Source: an uncultured Gemmatimonadales bacterium (GTDB lineage Bacteria; Gemmatimonadota; Gemmatimonadetes; Gemmatimonadales; GWC2-71-9). From it: a stretch of DNA of 64,000 nucleotides. Shown here one piece after another: positions 48,970 to 59,088 of this stretch (positions within the stretch are counted from its first letter, which is position 1; every line of letters begins with the position of its first letter). The notes under the pieces are model-generated. The model was not told the origin of the DNA. It made no database searches and saw nothing but the letters and a program-made list of their open reading frames with translations. The stretch covers positions 64,001-128,000 of the forward strand of contig CAWGSK010000034.1 of the NCBI GenBank assembly GCA_963825055.1, read 5' to 3'. A program made the translations under genes and the position numbers.

Positions 48970-51900
48970 CTGGGGTGAGAGCGATGTCGTCTCGTAGTGC
49001 TTCCCGCCGGCGCTTTCGGGGTGCTGGGTGACCTGCCAGCGGCGCCATAGCAGGTAGATGGCGGGTATGACGATGAGTGTGAGTAGAGTTGACGTGAGCA
49101 TCTCGCTGATCATGGGTGAGGCGATCCGTTTCATCACGTCGGCCCGTGCGTGGCTCCAGAGAATGGGCCCAGTCCGCGATGATGGCGATGACAGTCATCA
49201 CTCGGGCCGCAGCCGTTCTAGTCGCTTCCCGGACGCGCGGCGACGTCGGCGTCCACTATCCGCCCTTCCAGGCGCGACGATGGAAGGTCTCATCCAGGTA
49301 GATGAGCATCACGACGCCGGTTTCCGCGGCGACGCCGGCGAGGGCGATGCTCGACGCAGACCGCCACGCTGTATTGTAGCTGAGCGCTCAGAGGAACCAG
49401 ATGCCGCCGACCAGGGAGAACGGCAGGGCCAGCATGACGATGAGAGATTCGGGTACGTTCCGAAGTTCAGATAGAGCAACAGGAAGATGATCTCAGGGTC
49501 ACGGGACGACGATGCGCATCTCTGCGACCCGCTGCATGAATTCGTACTGTCCGCTCCATATGAGGCTGTACCCGGTGGGTAGAGTGAGCCGGCTACGACG
49601 TCCTGGGCCAGGCGCACGTAGCCTCCGATGTCCCCCTCACTGATGTCGACGAAGATCGTCGTGACGGGGAAGGCGTTCTCGTTTTCACGCCATGGGACCG
49701 TGCACGACGCGGACCGTCGCGACCTGGCCCAGGGGGATCTGCCGGCCGCCTATGGCGGGCACCACCACCTCCTTCAGCTTCTCGACGTTGTCACGCAGTT
49801 CGCGCGGGTAACGGACTTGACGGCGTAGCGTTCGCGGCCCTCGACGGTGAATGCGGCACTGATCCCCCCGACGTGGCCATGATCGCATTGTGGATGTCCC
49901 CGACGTTGAGGCCGTAGCGTGCCGCCTCGCTCCGGTTGACGTCGATGTCCACGTAGTAGCCAGACACGCCCCGCTCCGCGAAGGCGCTCCGCGTTCCCGG
50001 AACCTGCTGCATGATGCGCTCGACCTGTTCGCCGAGGGCCTGCAGCGTGTCCAGGTCGGGTCCGAAGATCTTGATGCCGACGCCGTTCGCACCCCGGTGG
50101 CGAGCATGTCGATCCGGCCCTTGATGGGCATGGTCCAGGCGTTGGTGACCCGGCATGCCCACCGACCGGTCCATAACGGACACCAGCCGCTCGTACGTCA
50201 TCCCCGCCCGCCATTGCTTTCGGGCTTGAGGGTGATGGTTGTCTCGTACATGTCGAGTGGGGCGGGATCGTGGCGGTGGAGGCGCGACCGCCTTGCCCAG
50301 GACCCGTTCGACCTCGGGGAACGAGGCGAGGATGCTGTCCTGGTAACGCATGATATCCCGCGCCTGCGCGATGGAAACGCCAGGCACGGTCGTGGGCATG
50401 AAGAGGATGGAGCCCTCATGGAGCGGCGGCATGAACTCGCTTCCAGCCGGCGCCAGGGCAGTGCCGTGACGGCCAGAGCGCGTGGCCACGAGAATGACGC
50501 TCCAGGGACGACGCACTGCCAGGTCGATCACCGGCCGGTAGACGCTGGAGAATCGATTGACCGGATTTCCCCGGCCGGAACCGGCGCGAATGAGGTAGCC
50601 CATCAGCACGGGCACGAGTGTGATGGAGAGAAGAGCGGCGCTGGCCATGGCGAACGTCTTGTGAACGCTAGGGGCTTGAACAGTCGCCCTCCTGCTGCTC
50701 CAGGGAAAACACGGGCAGGAAGCTGAAGGTGATGATCAGGAGCGAGAAGAAGAGCGGCGGCCCGACCTGCTTCGCGCTCCCAGCACGATTCCCATCGTGA
50801 GACATCGGGGGCGGCGCGTTCGAGATGCTTGTGCATGTTCTCGATCATGACGATCGCCGCATCCACCATGGCGCCGATGGCGATCGCAATTCCGCCCAGG
50901 CTCATGATATTGGCATTGACGCCGATGGCATGCATGACCAGGAACGAAATCAGGATGCCAATGGGTAGCGTGATGATGGCCACCAGGGCGGAACGGAAGT
51001 GGAGCAGGAAGAGCACGGCTACGGCGGCGACGATCAGGGATTCTTCTATGAGCTTGTCCCGCAGGGTGGCGATGGCGCGGTGAATCAGGTCGCTCCGGTC
51101 GTAGGCGGTGCGCAGCCGCACGCCGGCCGGCAGGCCCCGCTGGATGTCGGCCAGCCGGGCCTTGACGGCCTCGATCGTCTGGAGTGCATCGGAACCGAAA
51201 CGCATGACCACGATGCCGGCCACACCTCGCCCTTGCCGTCCAGATCCGCCGCGCCCCGCCGGGGCGCGGGTCCCACCTGCACGGTGGCGACGTCCCCGAC
51301 GCGGATCGGCGTGCCGTTCATGGTGGCACCGACCGTTACGTCCTCAATGTCGGAGGTGCCCTCGAGGTATCCGAGGCCGCGGATCATGTACTCCCGGCCG
51401 CCCATCTCCAGCACCCGGGCCCCGATGTCCACGTTGTGAGAGCCGATGGCCTGGGCCACCCGTGTGACGGGGATGCCGAACGCCCGCAGTCGCTCCGGGT
51501 CGACCTCTACCTGGTACTGCTTCTGGAAACCACCGAGGCTGGCCACCTCGGACACGCCGGGCACGGCGGTGAGCTGGTAGCGGATGTACCAGTCCTGCAG
51601 GGTACGGAGCTGGGCGAGATCCAGGCTGTCCGATTCCAGTACGTACTCGAACACCCAGCCCACCCCGGTGGCATCGGGCCCGAGCGCAGGCTCCACACCG
51701 GTCGGGAGCGTCTTGCGGATCCCGTTGAGGTATTCCAGGACCCGGGAGCGGGCCCAGTAGATGTCGGTGCCGTCCTCGAAGATGACGTAGACGAGGCTGA
51801 GCCCGAAGAACGAGTAGCCGCGCACGACACGGGCCCCGGGCACCTTGAGCATCTCGGTGGTGATCGGATAGGTCACCTGGTCCTCCACAATGCCGGGCGC

Positions 51901-52068
51901 CTGCTCGGCAAAGTCGGTCTGGACGATGACCTGCACATCGGAGAGGTCGGGAATGGCGTCGAGCGGGGTGGCGAGCATGGCCCAGATGCCGCCCGCGACG
52001 AGTGCCGCCGTTCCCAGCAGGACGAGGAACCGGTTCCGGAGCGACCAGGCGATGATGGCGTTAATCAT
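48970..52068 (-). CDS. cusA: CusA/SilA heavy-metal efflux RND permease, broken by many small indels (probably sequencing errors)
   Basis: [86 protein letters not shown]...[10 protein letters not shown] spread over several frames. Confidence 0.9.
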
Positions 52069-53287
52069 GGGAGTGCTCTGCCGTGTCGGGGGTCGTGCTG
52101 TCGGGCGCCCCGTGCTGCATCCCCGGCATGACCGAACCGGTGGTGGCCAGGCGTGACTCGGCGTCCACCAGGAAGTTGGCCGAGCCGACGATGACTTCTC
52201 CCTCCTTGAGACCGTCGAGGACCTGCACCCGGTCGCCGGCGCGTGCACCCAGCACGACTTCCCTCGGCGACAGCATGCCGGTGGAGTCCTGGATGAAGAC
52301 CAGGTTGCGCTCACCCGTCACGATGACGGCCGCCATCGGGACTGAGGGGAAACTCCCCCCCAGGTCGGATTCGAAATAGATGGTGGCAAACATGCCGGGC
52401 TTGAGTCGGAGGTCGCGATTCGCGACGGTGACCCGGACCCGGTTGGTGCGGCTTCGCACATCCACGGTGGGATAGACGAAACTCACCCGACCCATCACGT
52501 GTTCGCCGGGATAGGCCGAGACCTCGATGTGGGCCTGCATCCCCTCACGGACGAACTTCAGGTCCTGTTCGAACAGCTCGCCCTCCACCCAGACCTCGTG
52601 CAGATCGGCGATGCGGTAGAGCTTCTCACCCGGCATCACCCGTTGCCCCTCGACCAGGTTCTTCTCCAGCACGATCCCGCTCACCGGAGACACCAGCGTG
52701 AGGGTCTTGGTGACCTCACCGCTCTGCTCCAGCCGGGAGATCTGGCCGGGAGTGATGTCCCACCAGGCCAGGCGGCGGCGGGAGGCCTCCAGTGTGGCCT
52801 GGGCGGCCTGCCACGCCTCGCCGGCGCTGGTGTCGATCGACGATGCGAGGCGCTTCGCGGTCAGGAACTCCTCCTGCGCGGCCACCAGTTCGGGGCTGTA
52901 GAGTGCGAGGAGCGGCTGGCCCCGGCGCACCGTTTCACCGGTGGTGGCGACCATCAGCCGCTCCACGTAGCCCGCCACCTTGGGGGTCACCTCCACCACG
53001 TTCTGCTCCGGCGCCATGATCTCGCCGACCGTGCGCACCGTGCGGGTGAGCGGTTCCCTCCCGACGGTGGTGTAGACCACCCCGAGAGCCTTTTCCTGCT
53101 CGGCGGAGAGGTGGACGGCCTGCCGGAGAGCGGCGCCGGCACTGTCGGTCGCCCCCTGCGTCCCGCCGGCCTGCATGCGGGCGTGCTCTTCCGCGGTCAT
53201 GCCCGCCATCGAAGCCTGCTCTTCCGGCCCGCCACAGGCAGCGACCAGCGTGGCCACCGCCAGGGTGACCATCCAGGTGCGGCTCAT
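52061..53287 (-). CDS. cusB: CusB-like RND periplasmic adaptor (lipoprotein, Met/His-rich ends)
   Basis: VAAC lipobox; MAGMTAEEHARM; GYVERL..GETVRRGQPL..LYSPELVAAQEE; LKPGMFA; FLVDAESRL; MPGMQH. Confidence 0.88.
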   Translation of the reverse strand: MSRTWMVTLAVATLVAACGGPEEQASMAGMTAEEHARMQAGGTQGATDSAGAALRQAVHLSAEQEKALGVVYTTVGREPLTRTVRTVGEIMAPEQNVVEVTPKVAGYVERLMVATTGETVRRGQPLLALYSPELVAAQEEFLTAKRLASSIDTSAGEAWQAAQATLEASRRRLAWWDITPGQISRLEQSGEVTKTLTLVSPVSGIVLEKNLVEGQRVMPGEKLYRIADLHEVWVEGELFEQDLKFVREGMQAHIEVSAYPGEHVMGRVSFVYPTVDVRSRTNRVRVTVANRDLRLKPGMFATIYFESDLGGSFPSVPMAAVIVTGERNLVFIQDSTGMLSPREVVLGARAGDRVQVLDGLKEGEVIVGSANFLVDAESRLATTGSVMPGMQHGAPDSTTPDTAEHSHD

Positions 53288-54569
53288 TCGATATCTCCTT
53301 CTCTGCCCAGGAGGGCGCGGATGCGGGCCGTGGCCTGCTGCCACGACGCCGCCAGCCGGACCGACTCGGTCTCGTAGCGGTTCACCGTCATCTCGTTTTC
53401 TATGAGCGTCATGAAGTCCACCTGCCCAACGCGGTAGGCGGAGAGTGCCGATTCGACCGCCGCCCGCGCCTGGGGGATGATGGCGGTTTCATACAGGGCG
53501 TGGAGCGTCCGGGCCCGCTCGGCTTCCGCACGGGCCTCGGTCAGTTGGGCGAACGTCTCGTTGTGGAGGTTCCGCGCCATGGCTTCCTCCCCCTCCTGCA
53601 TCGCGGCCATCTCGCGCCGGAGCGGCAACTGCCGCGAGCCGGCCCAGAGCGGGACGCTGATGCCGACCATGACGCTGACCATGTCGTCGAACTGCGGTCG
53701 CTGGCCGTAGCCCACCGTCACCATGAAGTCGGGGTAGAGTGCCCGGCGTGCGGCGCGGTATCCGGCCTGTGCGGCGTTCACCCGCTCGGCCGCCGCCGCG
53801 AGTGCGGGTCGCTCGCGCACCGCGGTGGCCAGCAGTTCCCCGGCCGGCGGCAGGGCCCCCCCGGGGGCGGGCAGCGCGAGTGCGCCCACCGGCGCGGTGG
53901 CTTCCCGTCCCAGCAGGGCGTTGAGCCGCGCCGCGAGGGCCACGCGCTGCTGCTCGGCCACCGTGATGTCTTCGGTCATCCGCGCCACGGCGACCTGGGC
54001 CTGCAGGACGTCCTGCTGCAGTCCTGCGCCGGTCGCGTACCGGCTCCGCGAAACCTGGAAGAAGTCCCGCAGGAGATCGCGGGTCCTTTCCATGATCAGC
54101 AGGCCGCGGTCCACGAAGGCCAGTTCGTAGTAGGTCTCCGTGACACCTCGGGCGAGCTGGAGGCCGGCCTCGTCCGCGTCCAGGGTGCCGGCACGGGCAA
54201 GGTGCGCCGCCCGTTCCCGGCTGAACCCGAGTTTGCCCGGCCACGGAAGGGACTGGGTCACCTCCAGCCGGTTCATGGTCATGGGCTCGGCCGTGCCGAA
54301 TCCTGTCAGCGGTCGGTTTGCCAGCCCAAGCGTCAGCCTGGATCGGGAAGCGCGCCCGCCTGCGAGACCCGCTCGCCCGCCACCAGGGCGGAACTGCGCG
54401 CGGCGCCGAGGGCGGGGTTGTCCTCCCGGGCGATCCGGAGCGCCTCCGCAAGCCGTAACGTGTCCAGGGCGGGAGCCTGTGCGGCCGAGTCGCCCGGACC
54501 CGCAACCAGCAGGGCCATGGCAACTGACCACGGGCGCGCCAGTGTGGCGCACCAATTGATGATGGACAT
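53284..54569 (-). CDS. TolC/CusC-family outer membrane efflux protein, one missing base near 54340
   Basis: GGAGAGG RBS; LAEALRIAREDNP...GALPDP in one frame joins RLTLGLAN..PMTM..QSLPWPGK...YPDF...VPLW...AYRVGQVDF in another. Confidence 0.88.
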
Positions 54570-54647
54570 ACCTCTCCTGCCTGCGTGTGAGAATTGCAGC
54601 CTGGCGCAACGCGGGGCGATGCGACCAGCACGATCAGGTTGGGGAGG

Positions 54648-54959
54648 TCAGGCCTCGGGAGGTGGGCAGGGGGGTGCGACCGGTTCGGCGGCCCGAAGGG
54701 ACGGCGGCTCGGCTGCGGGTGCCGAAAGGGGGTTGAGCGGAATGTTCGGGATGATACCCGTCTGGATCACGGGTGCCGTATTCACGCAGTGGCTCGGCAT
54801 GAAGCAGCCCGGCGCGGATGGTACAGTGTGGTGGCCGGGTGTGGCGGGCGCGGTTTCATGGCACGGGGTGGATGCCGGGAGCAAGCACGTGGCCGGGAGG
54901 GCCAGCCAGGAAAGCTGGACCACCAGCAGCAGCGTTGCAGCGATCCCGATGCGCTTCAA
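54648..54959 (-). CDS. Small exported Cys/His-rich, Pro-tailed leader protein (DUF2946/CopL-like architecture)
   Basis: AAGGA RBS then TTG; N-terminal hydrophobic helix; C..CH..HH..C....HC; ends PVAPPCPPPEA 78 nt before the TolC start. Confidence 0.65.
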   Translation of the reverse strand: MKRIGIAATLLLVVQLSWLALPATCLLPASTPCHETAPATPGHHTVPSAPGCFMPSHCVNTAPVIQTGIIPNIPLNPLSAPAAEPPSLRAAEPVAPPCPPPEA

Positions 54960-55100
54960 GTGAGTGTCCTTTAACCCTGATGGAGGCGAACCGTCTCCGG
55001 ATCCTGTCGCTTCGCCCATGACGAATCTGGCGTTCCCCCGTAATGCCGCTCGTGAAGGCGTCGTGAGGGTTCCTTCACTCTGCCGGCAGAGTCCGGCTCG

Positions 55101-55147
55101 GTATAGGGGTAGGGGGTATAATGGCAGCTCATGCGAGTTCTGCGCAA
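55101..55147 (-). promoter_or_regulatory. Putative promoter overlapped by a CsoR/RcnR-like operator
   Basis: Minus strand TTGCGC-N18-CATTAT running into TATACCCCCTACCCCTATAC (G/C tracts bracketed by TATA). Confidence 0.5.
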
Positions 55148-55274
55148 GGGGACGCCATCGGCTGCGTGGGGATGGCGCTCCTGGCCGGTGATTGCCCAGT
55201 TGCTCCGCCGGGAGCGGCTGTAACTGCGGCGCTGGCCCGAAAGAAAAGCGGCGAAGCCACGGACCTGCCGTGAG

Positions 55275-55305
55275 TCGCCGCTCATGATCTTCGCCGCTCA
55301 TGATC
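55275..55305. repeat. 15-bp direct repeat TCGCCGCTCATGATC x2 at the 3' flank of tRNA-Pro
   Basis: Exact copies at 55275-55289 and 55291-55305. Confidence 0.85.
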
Positions 55306-55308
55306 CCA

Positions 55309-55383
55309 TCGGGGCGCCCGGATTTGAACCGGGGACCTCCTGCTCCCGAAGCAGGCGCGCTAACCGGGCTGCGCTACGCCCCG
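55309..55383 (-). tRNA. tRNA-Pro (anticodon CGG)
   Basis: CGGGGCGTAGCGCAGCCCGGTTAGCGCG CCTGC-TTCGGGA-GCAGG AGGTCCCCGGTTCAAATCCGGGCGCCCCGA. Confidence 0.95.
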
Positions 55384-55571
55384 TCACTGTTCCGCCGGGT
55401 CGGGGCCCGGCGGACGCGGAATATAAGCGGGGGGGACCCGGACGGAACCCCGCCTCCCTGTGCGAGATCGCGCCGGCTGGTCGTCGCCAGCAATAGGGGA
55501 CCCGCCTAGATTACCGGGGTCCGGCGCGCCATCGGCGCGTGCCCCCTTCCGAGATATCCTGGAGGACGTTC

Positions 55572-56219
55572 ATGTCCCACCGGCTCCGACTTGCCGCCCC
55601 GCTGCTCACCGTCGCCGCCCTTCTCGCCGCCTGCGGCGGGGGGACGGATTCCTCCGGCATCAAGTACAAGATCACCGGGCAGGACCTTGCCCCGCGGAAC
55701 GAGCGGTTGCTCGTGTCCCGGGATGGCCAGGACGTCCCGGACGCCACCGTCAAGGTCAACGGGGTGAACCTTGTGTACGCGAATGGTGCCTACACCGGGC
55801 TGCTGCCCTCGGCGCTCTCGGCGAATGCCACCGTGAACCTGAGCGTGGAGATCGGGAACACGGTTATCACCGGCAGGGGGACGATGCCCGACCCGGCCGA
55901 TGTCCAGGAGCCTTCCGGGGATCCGAGCGTCCCTGTGATTGCCTCGGCGCCGATCATCGTGGAATGGGTGGCCCTGCATGACCCGCAGAAGTTCATCCTC
56001 CGGGCCGAGTGCACCACCTGCACCCACACGTACTTCAGTTCCCCCACCGGCAGCATGCGGAGCTTCCCGATCCCGGCCAACACCCTCATGGCCAATCAGA
56101 CCTACCAGTTCACGGTGACATCCTACAACAACGGCACGTTCACCGGCGCCACGGACAATGGTTCCAGCATGAACATCGCAAACACCGGGCAGACCAAGAC
56201 GGTGCCGGTCCAGCCCTGA
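55572..56219 (+). CDS. Hypothetical beta-rich lipoprotein
   Basis: GGAGG RBS; LLAAC-GGG lipobox; Thr/Asn/Val-rich Ig-like composition. Confidence 0.75.
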   Translation: MSHRLRLAAPLLTVAALLAACGGGTDSSGIKYKITGQDLAPRNERLLVSRDGQDVPDATVKVNGVNLVYANGAYTGLLPSALSANATVNLSVEIGNTVITGRGTMPDPADVQEPSGDPSVPVIASAPIIVEWVALHDPQKFILRAECTTCTHTYFSSPTGSMRSFPIPANTLMANQTYQFTVTSYNNGTFTGATDNGSSMNIANTGQTKTVPVQP

Positions 56220-56239
56220 TCCACACGTGGTGGATGTCG

Positions 56240-56277
56240 AACGGGGAGGCACGCTCTGGCAGGCGTGCCTCCCCGTT
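56240..56277. terminator. Bidirectional terminator hairpin
   Basis: AACGGGGAGGCACGC-N8-GCGTGCCTCCCCGTT 15-bp stem between convergent genes. Confidence 0.7.
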
Positions 56278-56293
56278 TCGCGTTGCGCTCCCC

Positions 56294-58825
56294 TCAGAAG
56301 GCGAAGCCGGCCCCCCCGTACACGGCCATGCGCCCCTCGCTCGTGGCCAGACCCACCCGCATCGTGTTCGCCGGATTGAGAAAGGCGAACCACAGCCCTC
56401 CGCCCCAGGCCGTGTGCCAGAGGTCGGATGACTCTCCCCGTACGAAGACGCGCCCGGCGTCGGCCAGGCCGTAGACGCCGAAGGTGCCGGGCAGGATGAC
56501 GAAGAGCCGGCTCAGTTCGAATCGCAACTCGGCGTTGCCGTACAGGGAGGCTTCGCCCGCGTAGCGGTTCCGCTGGGCGAGCCGTGCCGTCTCATCGTCC
56601 CCGATGAAGGCCGCGTCCTGGTACGGCACGTCTCCCCACAGTTTCCTGCCGCCGGCACGGAGCGCGAGCACGGGACGGAGGGGCAGCGCACCCAGGCCAA
56701 GGTAGGTGCTGGCCGCTCCGTGGACCTCTCCGAAAAGGTCACGCACGTCGAGGAGCCCGGGCACCAGGCTCGCTCCGGCGTCCAGCAGAAATCCCTTCCT
56801 GGCGTTGGCCGGGACGTCCCGCGAGTCATACTGGAAACCGGCGTGGAGTCCGGCCTCCGCAAAGTCACCGGTCCCATAGGGCTGCAGCAGGCTGATGAAC
56901 CGCGGCTGGTCGAGGTTGGTGGTGGTGTAGCGGACCATGGGGCCGACCGAGACCCGGCTGCGGTCGCCCATGGGCATCACGAGCGACGCCGAGAGGGAGT
57001 ACTGGCCCTCGCTCACGCGGAAGAACTCGTTGTCCACTCCGCCCGGCGTCTCGTTCCCGAAGCCGTAGAAATACAGCACCTCGATCCCCGAGGCGAGCGC
57101 CTCGACGGTGGTGTACACCCGGCTGTTCTCGCGATGGAATTCACCGAGAAAGTCTGCCCGGAAGGTGGAGGGTTGCGTCGCGTAGCCGGCCCGGATTCGC
57201 ATGCGGTCGGAGAACGGAAGGGTATGGAACCCGTAGCGCGTGCGCTGGACCCCGCCGCCCAGGAAGAGACCGATCCCGGGGCCGCCGGCAAACCAGGCGG
57301 AGGGCTGCCAGCGCGAGCCCCAGTCGCGTGGCGGCAGTTCGGTTTCGGTCTTCTTCGGCGGGGCATGCCAGTCCCGGGTGTCGACGTGGACCGGGCCGGT
57401 GACGGAGTCCCGGATAGAGCCGTAGTAGCGGATGCCGCCCGTGCGCGAGCTGTCGACCAGGACATCCCGGCCGTCGCCTCCCAGGATCCTCAGGCCGATG
57501 CCGGCGCCCTCACCGCTGACCGTGGCCACGTCCCGGCCCCCGTGCAGGAAGATGCGGAGCTCCGAGGTCTCCCGGTTGAGAAACCGTCGCTGATAGTAGG
57601 GTGTCGCAGCGCGGTCCTCCCCCGTGCCGGACCAGATCCGTACCTCGGTCCCGTCGGCGCCGCGCTCCACTTCGAGCGTTTCGTCCGCATCGGTGGCGTG
57701 GATGTCCACCTCGTCCGCCAGGAGCCGGTAGAACCGGTCGGCGGCCTCGCGGAGACCGTCCCGCCGGCGGCGGAGGACGTTCCGGAACGGGATGCCGATG
57801 ATGTTGCGGTAGTGAGTCGGCAGGCGCGCGATGGCGGAGTCGATCACCTGGTCGGTGAGTTGCCAGCCCACGGCGGCCGCCACCGAGTCCCAGGCGGTCC
57901 GGTCCAGCTCCATCAGGATGCGGCGGTCGAGTTCGCGCCCGTTCCAGACCAGCCCGAAGATGCCGGGGTACGAGGATTTGAAGTCCACCAGTTGCGGTAC
58001 GCTCGAGCGTGCGATATCGAGCAGGAGTCCGTTGTACTTGACGAAGGCCTGGTCACGGTCGCGCGGGATGGGCAGCCAGCGGTGCGGCTTTCCGTCGCCG
58101 AAGCGGGCCCAGCGCCACTGGTCGCGATGGCGATCCCAGTCGCCGAGGTAGATGTCCACGAGCCGGGCCCGAAGGAAGGCCCGCGCATCCACGCGGTCGT
58201 CCGGGGACTCCTCCATCTTGTCGAACAATTCGTCGCTGCCGATGACCTTGGCAGCGCCCTTCCAACCCGGCTTCTCGTTGGGCCATTCCTCGATCGTGCC
58301 GAGCATGCCCGCAAACGCCTCGCGGTAGTGGCCCAGCTTCGGGCTGTCCGGCATGACGTACAGTTCAGGGCGCGCGTTGAGTACGCCCGCGGCGTCCATG
58401 ATCGGTCCGGCCATCAGCGCGCCCGCGGGATTCGCGGCACTGATCTGGTCCTGGATAATGTCGTCGGCAATGGTGCCGCGCAGGTCCGGCGGGAGGATGG
58501 TGGACGGGTCCTTGTCCACCGAGCGGAACTTGTATTCCCGGCCGTCCGCTCCGCGGAAGGAGAGGGACGTTGTCTGCTGCCCGCCGCCCAGCTCGAGCGG
58601 TGTCAGGCCGCCGGCGAAGGTATCGAGGTTCAGCACCGGGACCTGGATGGGTGTCGTCCAGAGGTCCCGATACTCCTTGCCGAGGAAGAGCCGGTGCAGG
58701 CCGCCCGCGCCGTAGCCGGCGCCTGCCACCACCGAACGCACGCTGTCCGCGTCCTGCGCGCGCGCTGAAGGCGTGGCCAGGATAAGGAGGAGGATGGCGA
58801 GCGGGAGGCGGGAGTTTCGGGGCAT
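56294..58825 (-). CDS. Omp85/BamA-TamA-superfamily barrel protein with a large N-terminal kinase-like passenger domain
   Basis: Signal peptide; C-terminal barrel (YDSRD.P...RKG, RYAGEASLYGNAELR, DAGRVF, GFAF); N-terminal GGGQQT...RSVDK...GDWDRH.DQW...PIPRDRDQAF. Confidence 0.78.
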   Translation of the reverse strand: MPRNSRLPLAILLLILATPSARAQDADSVRSVVAGAGYGAGGLHRLFLGKEYRDLWTTPIQVPVLNLDTFAGGLTPLELGGGQQTTSLSFRGADGREYKFRSVDKDPSTILPPDLRGTIADDIIQDQISAANPAGALMAGPIMDAAGVLNARPELYVMPDSPKLGHYREAFAGMLGTIEEWPNEKPGWKGAAKVIGSDELFDKMEESPDDRVDARAFLRARLVDIYLGDWDRHRDQWRWARFGDGKPHRWLPIPRDRDQAFVKYNGLLLDIARSSVPQLVDFKSSYPGIFGLVWNGRELDRRILMELDRTAWDSVAAAVGWQLTDQVIDSAIARLPTHYRNIIGIPFRNVLRRRRDGLREAADRFYRLLADEVDIHATDADETLEVERGADGTEVRIWSGTGEDRAATPYYQRRFLNRETSELRIFLHGGRDVATVSGEGAGIGLRILGGDGRDVLVDSSRTGGIRYYGSIRDSVTGPVHVDTRDWHAPPKKTETELPPRDWGSRWQPSAWFAGGPGIGLFLGGGVQRTRYGFHTLPFSDRMRIRAGYATQPSTFRADFLGEFHRENSRVYTTVEALASGIEVLYFYGFGNETPGGVDNEFFRVSEGQYSLSASLVMPMGDRSRVSVGPMVRYTTTNLDQPRFISLLQPYGTGDFAEAGLHAGFQYDSRDVPANARKGFLLDAGASLVPGLLDVRDLFGEVHGAASTYLGLGALPLRPVLALRAGGRKLWGDVPYQDAAFIGDDETARLAQRNRYAGEASLYGNAELRFELSRLFVILPGTFGVYGLADAGRVFVRGESSDLWHTAWGGGLWFAFLNPANTMRVGLATSEGRMAVYGGAGFAF

Positions 58826-58894
58826 CGGCACCGGAGATGAGTGGTGTCCGTACGTTATACGGAGAGCCGGGTGGGGAGCAACGCGTGAAAAGCC

Positions 58895-58922
58895 GAACGG
58901 CGCCCCTTTCGGGGCGCCGTTC
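58895..58922 (-). terminator. Terminator of the tRNA operon
   Basis: GAACGGCGCCCC-GAAA-GGGGCGCCGTTC then GGCTTTT on the minus strand. Confidence 0.75.
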
Positions 58923-58939
58923 AGGTCAGGCGAGAGAAA

Positions 58940-59013
58940 TGCGCCCCGAGGGACTCGAACCCCCAACCTTCTGATCCGTAGTCAGATGCTCTATCCAATT
59001 GAGCTAGGAGCGC
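58940..59013 (-). tRNA. tRNA-Arg (anticodon ACG)
   Basis: GCGCTCCTAGCTCAATTGGATAGAGCA TCTGA-CTACGGA-TCAGA AGGTTGGGGGTTCGAGTCCCTCGGGGCGCA. Confidence 0.95.
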
Positions 59014-59014
59014 A

Positions 59015-59088
59015 TGGGCGGTACAAGACTCGAACTTGTGGCCTCCACGATGTCAACGTGGCGCTCTAACCAACTGAGCTAACCGCCC
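59015..59088 (-). tRNA. tRNA-Val (anticodon GAC)
   Basis: GGGCGGTTAGCTCAGTTGGTTAGAGCG CCACG-TTGACAT-CGTGG AGGCCACAAGTTCGAGTCTTGTACCGCCCA. Confidence 0.95.

Noticed and set aside
48600..49031. Phe/Val/Cys-rich C-terminal extension of the PAP2 protein
   Set aside because: Translation of a low-complexity T/G tract, not credible coding sequence
48970..54569. cusA and tolC as genuine pseudogenes
   Set aside because: Lesions are mainly short deletions that cluster toward the garbled zone while amino-acid motifs stay intact; sequencing error is more likely, but reads are needed to confirm
56009..56027. c-type heme motif in the lipoprotein (CTTCTH)
   Set aside because: Spacing is CxxCxH, not CxxCH; more likely a disulfide
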